Notes under the pieces: model-generated
What the model was told of the DNA's origin: nothing
Databases searched by the model: none
The model's input: only the letters and a program-made list of their open reading frames with translations
Source of the DNA: an uncultured Fusibacter sp.
GTDB taxonomy: Bacteria > Bacillota > Clostridia > Peptostreptococcales > Acidaminobacteraceae
Direction: 5' to 3'
Length of the DNA stretch: 24,000 nucleotides
NCBI GenBank assembly: GCA_964522015.1
Contig: CAZFST010000012.1
Span: 17,605-41,604 of the forward strand
Position numbers and translations under genes: made by a program
Shown: in pieces, positions 8,885-15,882 of the stretch
Layout: each line of letters begins with the position of its first letter
How positions within the stretch are numbered: position 1 is the stretch's first letter

Positions 8885-9995
8885 AGACTTGAAAACCCCT
8901 TTCTTTCATAATTTGTTGCCACGATGTGTCATATTTAAAAGACACAAAACGAGAAATTGCATAGCATAGAAAGTGCTTTTGTTTAAAGTCAATATTGAGA
9001 AAAATCAAACTGTTATATAGGACATTTGTTAGGGAGCGGTGCACTAAGTGCTCTTGACTCGATGCGACATCTTCCAGTGCCCCTGAGCTCAGTAGATTAT
9101 CATGGAATGAGCTTTCAATAGCAGATACATTGGTTTTCATTTGTTGAATTTGATCTTGAAGGTTATAGAACCCTTCTTCTTGAAAGCCTTTTTGGTTGAA
9201 TAAATCCAATGTTTCTTGGTAGAAATCCTTAAATACTGCCATGGCTTCTTTTAGTGTGTCATCTTCAACTAAGTGACTATCCAGTTGATCCACATCTAGC
9301 TGGACGTACATATCATTAAAATATTGTTCAAAGGCATCCTCAACACCATATTGTTTTGAAAGTGCCAGCATTCCCTGACTATGGGAATAATATTGAAGCG
9401 CACCATACTTTTCACCATGGGGATACAGTAACAAGAGAATTTGAAATATTTTTAGTAATACAATTTTCTTTTCTGTGCCACTGTCGTCATATTTTAAGAG
9501 CACTGTGTTCAATATGGGTTGAAGTTGCATCCGTGCACGGCAGTGCAGGGCAAAGTGTCTAAATGAATTGTAAAGTTGCTTGTAATAACTTGGATTCAAA
9601 TCAGAACGTACTAATTTGCCGTGTAAATTGCCATCAATCGTCGATACTTCTTTTTTCTCCATCTGACCCAGGGTTTGTGCGTGTTTTGTATAGAGTTCCA
9701 ACTGCTTTTCTATGGCCTCAGGACTAAAAGAATGCCCCATTGCAATGATAGCCTGATCAACACCACTTCTCATCTCATTCAAGAGAGCTGCATCACCTGT
9801 TTGTGGCAAAAGATAAATAATCTGATAGTGGGGACCACCATTCCAATCCCGGGTAATATAGTAGGGTGTTTTGATTAACTTCTGGCAAAGCGGTACTAAA
9901 GCTTCTTTTAAAAAGACGCGCTTTTGTCTTTCATCGCCAAAGTGATAAATCTTCATCATGCCAAGATCAGTAAACTGCTCAATGATCACCTTCAA
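8865..9995 (-). CDS. SpaB_C-fold protein; candidate glutamate-elimination half of a split LanB dehydratase
   Basis: 376 aa. YYITRDWNGGPHYQIIY is a diverged copy of the RY..GGPH.R.R motif. The gene lies directly after the large LanB-N gene. The start is a TTG at 9993-9995 with GAGGAGG 7 nt upstream. The nearby ATG at 9998-10000 is only 2 nt from the SD and hits a stop after two codons. Confidence 0.6.
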   Translation of the reverse strand: MKVIIEQFTDLGMMKIYHFGDERQKRVFLKEALVPLCQKLIKTPYYITRDWNGGPHYQIIYLLPQTGDAALLNEMRSGVDQAIIAMGHSFSPEAIEKQLELYTKHAQTLGQMEKKEVSTIDGNLHGKLVRSDLNPSYYKQLYNSFRHFALHCRARMQLQPILNTVLLKYDDSGTEKKIVLLKIFQILLLLYPHGEKYGALQYYSHSQGMLALSKQYGVEDAFEQYFNDMYVQLDVDQLDSHLVEDDTLKEAMAVFKDFYQETLDLFNQKGFQEEGFYNLQDQIQQMKTNVSAIESSFHDNLLSSGALEDVASSQEHLVHRSLTNVLYNSLIFLNIDFKQKHFLCYAISRFVSFKYDTSWQQIMKERGFQVYAPIKT

Positions 9996-10010
9996 TTCAT
10001 GGCCTCCTCA

Positions 10011-10066
10011 ATTGTTATCCTGTTTTAGTGGTTAATCTATTGTTATCCTGTTTTAGTGGTTAATTC
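10011..10066. repeat. Tandem 28-bp duplication spanning the 3' end of the LanB-N gene
   Basis: ATTGTTATCCTGTTTTAGTGGTTAAT occurs at 10011-10036 and again at 10039-10064 (26/26 identical). The right copy encodes the last residues and stop (LTTKTG*), and the left copy is a non-coding echo in the intergenic spacer. Confidence 0.9.
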
Positions 10067-12706
10067 TATTTGGTACTCATGAATATAGGTCTCATCCTGA
10101 TTATTTGGGTAGACTTCTTCAATAGACACCAATGTCCCCGGTTCCCAATCCGACATAAATTCCCGGAATAATAAGGGGCTTGCTAAGTCAATAAACTGGG
10201 GTTTTAAATCAGTTCTGCCCATATTGACATAGTCTATTGCCATATCGCCAGTATACTTTTTCATAAAAAATTGGGTAGGCACCCCTTCAGCCAAGAACAA
10301 GGAAATGATTTCAGCGTAGCGTTCACTGTCACTCAGCAAGGCCTCAGATTGGATATTCCTTATTAGCCAATGACGCCTGATTAAGGTCATGCTGCCATAG
10401 GTGATTCGCGGAATCTTATCTTCGATAAAACAACCCCTCAGCTGATTTTCCTGATCTAAAGCTGCAGTACCCTCTGGAACATCTGATGATTTCAATTTCG
10501 TTTTTAAGAGCTTTAATTGGCTGACATCAAAACGGGTATTACGATTCATCCCAAGTAGTCCTTTTAAAAGGGATGGCATTAACACATAAACCAGTGAACC
10601 AGCAAAGAAAGGGGAAATTTCTTGTCCCTGTGGACCAAATAATTTAACCATTTGCGTTGCTGCATCATACTTAAAATGACAATGGTGAATATTGAGTTCA
10701 TCAGTTGCCCCGGACTGACCACTTAGTGATTCAGAAAATGGTAGCATTAACCGTTTACTTGCAAATGGGATATGAACATTTGCATTAAATCCAAAAGCTT
10801 CCAATACCTCAATCTTATTTTCAGCATCAAATACCTGATTGCAGTACTGTTGGTAATCATTTTGTTCATACACCCAAGCGTAGTCCTTATAAAATCGTGA
10901 AAAGAACGATTGAAAGCCACTATAAACTTTATTCAAGACCATACCATCTGCCCCATGTTGGTAAAAAAAAGTGGTGGAGTAAGACGTATTTGACTGATGA
11001 ACGATCCTTGGGATTCTTTCAATCAGACCGTCTAAAATTGCATCAAAAGCGACGATATCTTGACCTGATTGTTTAGCAGTTTCTATGGCTGTCACAAATT
11101 CTGCTTTCAACCCCATAGTCTGATCAATCACCTCATGGCCTGATGGCGCCAGTGCTGCGAGTCCATCCTTCCAAAGAGAAACGTGTTTACCACCGGTTTG
11201 TGAATAAATGTGATAGACATCAAGATTATCAGCTGCAATTTTATCCTCTCCGTATATTTCATAAAACTGCTTAGAAAACAGTGCATAAATCGGATAACTC
11301 TGGTCTAATATCGCTGTAAAGTGTTGTAGTTTTGAAAGTGTCGCCAGTTCTTGATCACTGACGGTTGTATTCATCAATGTCGATTCTGTTGTCGGGAAAA
11401 ACGTATCTTCATAAATCAACATATCTAAATTGACATCAACCCCTACGAGTATGTTGATTGCTGCCATTTCTGCCTTTACTGCAGAAATCAACTGATAGCG
11501 CTTTGGCCCTTCTACTTGTCCAAATGCCTGTGTCAAATTATGACACACCTGAAAATGCTCTATGATTGCAGCGAGTACACCTTCTTGACTATCTTGAAGA
11601 TCACTCACTTTTTGTACAAATGTGGTGTGAATACATGGCACAAATTCTGAAAGTGTTGTTATGGGAACTAACATTTGCGACTTAATTAGGATATCCTCTA
11701 AAAAATAAGTCGCTTTTTCCTTTGTCACCAATGTTTCTAGATACTTTAAAAGATCGTTATATGACCTTGTACTTTGGCCAATCCAGTCTATAAGATTTGC
11801 CATAATCACATTTTTCTTAATTGTCATATTGTGGTCAATGGATTTATAGACTTTGCCTTTATTCGGGTCTCTTTGGGTTAAAAAATAATAATGTTCAGGA
11901 TATGTTTGGTAAGAAGCCAAACGATAGCTCAGTTGCTCCCTTACAAAGGGTAAATTTAAAATACTATCAAATACCTTGCGATACACAAAATGATTGAGTG
12001 CAGCAGCATGTGCGATTGAATCCTTTTCATGGGGCTTATTTTGAGTATTTTGAAGTGGTGTTTCAACGGATTTTAGAGAATTTGTGGCACTACAAATGCC
12101 AACCTTACCAAGATCAACTGATGTCAGTGTGCTAAAGGGACTTGTTTTTTTGGTAGCACGAGTCAACAGTCTAGCCAATTGATGATCGAGTTTTCGCTGT
12201 TTTGTTTTATGTTCATGGGCTGGTATTGTCAAATACTTACCAAGACTATGATGGAAATCTGCACTGATTAGGGGCAGTGCTTTTGACACCAATGTATCCC
12301 TTTGAAAAAAATCTTGCAACATACGACGGTTTTCTTGGTAGGCTTCTTCAAATGCAGTTGCAAAGGTTTCTGTATTTGCCATGAAAGCCCCATGGGAATT
12401 TTGATACCCTATGACAATTGAGGCGATATCTTCTGGTAACTCATGGATCTGAGTGTCCGTAATCTTTGCCAAGCGAAACATTTTACGTTTGATATTGAGT
12501 AATCGATTATCTTTAGAATTTGAAAAAGCTAGTTCTAATTGTGCACACGCATTTTGCATGACTGTCAATAATGAAGTCTTACTCTCAACGCATTTCCCCA
12601 TATGTGCCAAGAGAGTCGGTGCGTTAAGTGAACGCACCACCCCTTGAGGAACATTGGTGCGCCTTTCAATATAATAGGGAAATAGCAGTTGATTTTTCAT
12701 GGGCAC
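10043..12706 (-). CDS. Lantibiotic-dehydratase N-terminal (glutamylation) domain protein, split LanB type
   Basis: 887 aa, the size of stand-alone LanB-N proteins in thiopeptide/goadsporin clusters. A SpaB_C-fold gene follows immediately, and Ser-rich precursors lie upstream. GGAG lies 8 nt upstream. The assignment rests on size and context, since I could not verify a motif by eye. Confidence 0.65.
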   Translation of the reverse strand: MPMKNQLLFPYYIERRTNVPQGVVRSLNAPTLLAHMGKCVESKTSLLTVMQNACAQLELAFSNSKDNRLLNIKRKMFRLAKITDTQIHELPEDIASIVIGYQNSHGAFMANTETFATAFEEAYQENRRMLQDFFQRDTLVSKALPLISADFHHSLGKYLTIPAHEHKTKQRKLDHQLARLLTRATKKTSPFSTLTSVDLGKVGICSATNSLKSVETPLQNTQNKPHEKDSIAHAAALNHFVYRKVFDSILNLPFVREQLSYRLASYQTYPEHYYFLTQRDPNKGKVYKSIDHNMTIKKNVIMANLIDWIGQSTRSYNDLLKYLETLVTKEKATYFLEDILIKSQMLVPITTLSEFVPCIHTTFVQKVSDLQDSQEGVLAAIIEHFQVCHNLTQAFGQVEGPKRYQLISAVKAEMAAINILVGVDVNLDMLIYEDTFFPTTESTLMNTTVSDQELATLSKLQHFTAILDQSYPIYALFSKQFYEIYGEDKIAADNLDVYHIYSQTGGKHVSLWKDGLAALAPSGHEVIDQTMGLKAEFVTAIETAKQSGQDIVAFDAILDGLIERIPRIVHQSNTSYSTTFFYQHGADGMVLNKVYSGFQSFFSRFYKDYAWVYEQNDYQQYCNQVFDAENKIEVLEAFGFNANVHIPFASKRLMLPFSESLSGQSGATDELNIHHCHFKYDAATQMVKLFGPQGQEISPFFAGSLVYVLMPSLLKGLLGMNRNTRFDVSQLKLLKTKLKSSDVPEGTAALDQENQLRGCFIEDKIPRITYGSMTLIRRHWLIRNIQSEALLSDSERYAEIISLFLAEGVPTQFFMKKYTGDMAIDYVNMGRTDLKPQFIDLASPLLFREFMSDWEPGTLVSIEEVYPNNQDETYIHEYQIELTTKTG

Positions 12707-12712
12707 TCTCCA

Positions 12713-13447
12713 TTATGCTTCGCGATTTTGATGTAGTTTAAAGAATGAAAGACAGATTAGCGTTGTCACGCCTAAGGCAGCAGCATTGATCCAACCAACT
12801 GACTGTTGGTTCCACATGGCAATTGAGATTTGATTCATATGGTAGACCGGATTAACATATACAAAATACCGTGCAATTTTAGGTAGTGCTTCGATTGGGA
12901 ACATCATACCAGAAGCAAATAGAACATATTGAAATCCCAAAATCGTAATTGGTGTTACTTGCTTTGAGTTCTTAAAGAATCCATGAATAGACAAGCTGAC
13001 AATCAACAAAATTACAATCATCACGATAAAGGCTAGGGTAAATGGGACTAAGTTTGCTGTAATCGGCATACTAAAAACTAGTTTTGCGATTCCAATCATC
13101 TCCAGTAAACCAAGCAAAGAAATGATAATACCTCTTACAATGTAAGTGCCGGTGATAAAAAAGATATTTGTTGGCGATACAATAATTCGTTTATAGACAC
13201 CAGTTTCACGATCATTGACACTTTGTAACCCGATATTGAAGAAAATCGTCATAAAAGATATTAGGATCACATAGAGTGGAATATAGGTACTCGCAAATTT
13301 AGTGACGCCATACTGGGCATAAATTGAAGTGAAAATCATGAAAAATATAGCTGGTACTATTAGGATTGGTAGTGCAAACATCGGTTCTCTGAAGAAGATC
13401 AGAAAATCATACTTCACTTGCTTCCAGAAAAAAGCATATTTAGCCAT
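12713..13447 (-). CDS. ABC-2 type transporter permease
   Basis: 244 aa with about six hydrophobic segments. Its ATG overlaps the ATPase TGA (ATGA). Confidence 0.75.
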   Translation of the reverse strand: MAKYAFFWKQVKYDFLIFFREPMFALPILIVPAIFFMIFTSIYAQYGVTKFASTYIPLYVILISFMTIFFNIGLQSVNDRETGVYKRIIVSPTNIFFITGTYIVRGIIISLLGLLEMIGIAKLVFSMPITANLVPFTLAFIVMIVILLIVSLSIHGFFKNSKQVTPITILGFQYVLFASGMMFPIEALPKIARYFVYVNPVYHMNQISIAMWNQQSVGWINAAALGVTTLICLSFFKLHQNREA

Positions 13448-14166
13448 CAGCTCACACTCCTGTCGATCATATCGAAGTAAACATCATTGAAAAACAGCCT
13501 GTTATTTTTGTTTTTTAGATTTTGAGGTGTATCATCAGCAACTACCTTGCCGCCATTTAAGATGATTGCCCGATCACAAAACTTATCTATTTCTTCCATT
13601 GAATGTGTCGTTAAAATGATGGTACTGTTTTTTTGCTTGATGGCATTGATTTTATCCCAAACAATTTTAGAAGCTCTGGGGTCTAAACCAGTTGTTGGTT
13701 CATCCAAAAATATCAGTGCTGGATCGTGTAAAAATGTAATGGCTAAGAGGCAACGTTGCTTCCAGCCCCCAGATAACTTACAAAACTTTGTGTTCAGGTA
13801 TGGCCCTAGCTCAAATTCTTCAATAATTTCATTTACCCGTTCTCTTTTAACGCCGTAAAAACTGCCAAAAAGATCAAGTGCCTCTTTTATCTTAATGTAG
13901 TTGTACATGCCACCTTCTTGAAGAACAATTCCAATTTTTGATCGAATTTCATTCATGTCTTTTTGAACATCCAGACCCATGATTTCTACTGTTCCACGGT
14001 CGTATTTTCTAAGCGTCATGAGAATTTCCATTGTAGTCGTTTTTCCAGTGCCATTGGGTCCAACTAAAGCCACTATTTCACCTTGGTTGATTTCAAAGTC
14101 AATGCCTTTTAAAACCTGTTTATCGCCATACGCTTTGTGTAGGTCTTTAACCTTGACAATTTGCAT
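13447..14166 (-). CDS. ABC transporter ATP-binding protein (export/immunity candidate)
   Basis: Walker A is GPNGTGKTT, the signature motif is LSGGWKQR and Walker B is LIFLDEPTTGLD. Confidence 0.93.
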   Translation of the reverse strand: MQIVKVKDLHKAYGDKQVLKGIDFEINQGEIVALVGPNGTGKTTTMEILMTLRKYDRGTVEIMGLDVQKDMNEIRSKIGIVLQEGGMYNYIKIKEALDLFGSFYGVKRERVNEIIEEFELGPYLNTKFCKLSGGWKQRCLLAITFLHDPALIFLDEPTTGLDPRASKIVWDKINAIKQKNSTIILTTHSMEEIDKFCDRAIILNGGKVVADDTPQNLKNKNNRLFFNDVYFDMIDRSVS

Positions 14167-14202
14167 TTTTTACCTTCTCTCTCTATCCGCTTTCAGATGA
14201 CA

Positions 14203-14224
14203 GGGGTTGGGTTTAACCAACCCC
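14203..14224 (-). promoter_or_regulatory. Intercistronic stem-loop between the precursor genes and the ABC/biosynthetic genes
   Basis: GGGGTTGG-GTTTAA-CCAACCCC forms a perfect 8-bp GC-rich stem. No U-run follows it on the minus-strand transcript, so it is more likely an attenuator or mRNA-stabilising element than a full terminator. Confidence 0.5.
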
Positions 14225-14274
14225 ACTCATCATTGTTAATTCACCTTTTCAGTTCTAGGTAAACTCAAGGCTAC

Positions 14275-14463
14275 CTATTCAGCAGCGGCCTCTACACTCC
14301 CGCCACCACAGCTGACGCATGATGACGAACCGCAGCATGAGCAGCTTCCGCAAGAAGATGAACCTGATGTTGCACCTGTTTCATTTAAAAGCGCCGCTTC
14401 TGAAATTTCCATGATTTCTAAATCTTCGATTGCTACCAATGTGTTGTTTTTTACTTGATCCAT
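14275..14463 (-). CDS. RiPP precursor peptide, copy 2 (S56 variant)
   Basis: 62 aa: MDQVKNNTLVAIEDLEIMEISEAALLNETGAT / SGSSSCGSCSCCGSSSCVSCGGGS / VEAAAE. AAGGAG lies 9 nt upstream. The stop codon is TAG. Confidence 0.9.
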   Translation of the reverse strand: MDQVKNNTLVAIEDLEIMEISEAALLNETGATSGSSSCGSCSCCGSSSCVSCGGGSVEAAAE

Positions 14464-14558
14464 ATGTTTGTTCTCCTTTGTTTGTGTAATTTTAGCTCAT
14501 TATTTATTTAAGGGTTGAGTTTACGCTTGCATTGACAATTAAAAACTGTTTGGTATGA

Positions 14559-14747
14559 TTATTCAGCAGCGGCCTCTACATTGCCACCACCGCAGCTAAC
14601 GCATGATGACGAACCACAGCATGAGCAGCTTCCGCAAGAAGAAGAACCCGATGTTGCACCTGTTTCATTTAAAAGGGCTGCTTCTGAAATTTCCATAATT
14701 TCTAAATCTTCGATTGCTACCAATGTGTTGTTTTTTACTTGATCCAT
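14559..14747 (-). CDS. RiPP precursor peptide, copy 1 (N56 variant)
   Basis: 62 aa, identical to copy 2 except N56 for S56. It has the same RBS. The stop codon is TAA. Confidence 0.9.
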   Translation of the reverse strand: MDQVKNNTLVAIEDLEIMEISEAALLNETGATSGSSSCGSCSCCGSSSCVSCGGGNVEAAAE

Positions 14748-14923
14748 GTGTTTGTTCTCCTTTAGTTTGTTTGTTAAATGCTCGGGATTGGTTTATATGA
14801 TGCTTCTGGTGATACTTCTGATGCTTGTTTCTTACTGATTGTTCTTGATCATAAACTTGGTTTTCTGTCACCTCCAATCCTGATTTCTCAGTCCCAATTG
14901 TTCTTGCGGTTGTTTACAATTTG

Positions 14924-14984
14924 ACTATACCGCGTTTCAAATCAGGAATCTTTAATATGGAAGCAATGACCTTTCAAATGTAAG
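14924..14984 (-). promoter_or_regulatory. Candidate LytTR-activated promoter of the precursor/biosynthetic operon
   Basis: On the minus strand: CTTACATTTG (14975-14984), 12 nt, TTCCATATT (14954-14962), 2 nt, a weak -35 AGATTC (14946-14951), 16 nt, then -10 TATAGT (14924-14929). The two boxes are 21 bp apart, the canonical LytTR direct-repeat phasing. Confidence 0.4.
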
Positions 14985-15085
14985 TTTTGGTCAACAACCT
15001 CTGTAAAACGGCTTATTTGAAGGGTTTCATGATTTAACAACTCTATATCTGCAATAAAATATCGCTTTCAACTGAAATCATTCAG

Positions 15086-15721
15086 TCAAAAGCGATAAGG
15101 GTTAAAGAGATAATTGTTTTTGTACTTAACTAAGGTTAAAGCTACCATCAATATGGATATGACAGCCACGTTTACGTAGACTGACAGTGATTCAATTGTT
15201 GCACCGCTTAAAATCATGATGACAAGGAAGGCTGTAACCCGGTAAGTTTGCTTTCTTTTCAAAACCCAACTTTGGTCCACCTCTTTATCAATTCGATCAT
15301 CTTTGTTACCATTTTCAGCATTGTCCACTTGATTATCGACATCATCTTTGTTCGCAAATTGATAGATTAAAACCAGTGCCACAACGAGTAATGCCATCGC
15401 AAAATATCTGCTCGTGTTAAATGTCATATTAACACCCATCCAAGTAGTTAGAATACCTAACGATGTGGTCACGATAGTACAACGGGTCAAAGTTGCCATA
15501 TGAAATCCGCCAGTCGTCTGGCGGAGAGTGGCAAAGATGATCATAAAAATGATCATTTCAAGTAATTTATGTGTTAATATCCCGGCAATCAAAAGACATA
15601 AGATGATTTGTAATGTGTTCATGCTCACACGGAGGCCATATTGGATTAGATCCATTTGATCCTTTGTGTATGTGCCAATCAATTGCTGGGCAGTATGATC
15701 ACTTTGATTTTGGCGTTTCAT
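15086..15721 (-). CDS. agrB: AgrB-family membrane peptidase (accessory gene regulator B)
   Basis: A polytopic membrane protein with GGFHMATLTRC, which gives the AgrB catalytic His and Cys at i and i+7. I place the start at the ATG at 15719-15721 (MKRQNQ..., 211 aa). The track start at 15763 is a TTG with no SD. Confidence 0.85.
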   Translation of the reverse strand: MKRQNQSDHTAQQLIGTYTKDQMDLIQYGLRVSMNTLQIILCLLIAGILTHKLLEMIIFMIIFATLRQTTGGFHMATLTRCTIVTTSLGILTTWMGVNMTFNTSRYFAMALLVVALVLIYQFANKDDVDNQVDNAENGNKDDRIDKEVDQSWVLKRKQTYRVTAFLVIMILSGATIESLSVYVNVAVISILMVALTLVKYKNNYLFNPYRF

Positions 15722-15809
15722 ATAAAAATCCCCATTTTGGCTGATTAGTTGCTGATGCCCCAACTTTAAGCAATGTGTTCATCGTAATTTGAGTAAGTGT
15801 GATTTTCAT
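15699..15809 (-). CDS. Unannotated 36-aa ORF; candidate AgrD/FsrD-like autoinducer propeptide
   Basis: MKITLTQITMNTLLKVGASATNQPKWGFLYETPKSK. AGGAGG lies 5 nt upstream of the ATG at 15807-15809. The ORF overlaps the agrB start by 23 nt. The C-terminal ETPKSK resembles the E-x-P-K tail of AgrD/FsrD propeptides as I recall them. It is below the track's size cutoff. Confidence 0.4.
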   Translation of the reverse strand: MKITLTQITMNTLLKVGASATNQPKWGFLYETPKSK

Positions 15810-15882
15810 AATAGCCTCCTAGAATTATGCCCATTGGCATTTGAGTTTTGCAAGCCACTTTGTTGGCCTCTTGCTTAATGTA

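Larger units (their letters stand above)
14275..14775. repeat. Tandem gene duplication (period 284 bp) of the precursor gene plus its RBS
   Basis: Segments 14275 to about 14490 and 14559 to about 14775 align without gaps through the CDS and about 25 nt of upstream RBS region. Similarity ends at the stop codons. Confidence 0.9.

Noticed and set aside
14275-14775. A 284-bp periodic repeat considered as a possible CRISPR-like or satellite array
   Set aside because: There are only two copies. Each is a complete protein-coding gene with its RBS, and the differences are mostly synonymous. This is a gene duplication, not a repeat-spacer array.
14665-14877. A 70-aa minus-strand ORF (MEVTENQVYDQEQSVRNKHQKYHQKHH...) overlapping precursor copy 1
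   Set aside because: It overlaps the well-supported precursor gene in another frame. It has no SD before its ATG. Its odd His/Gln/Lys run is simply a translation of the 12-nt tandem repeat in the leader.
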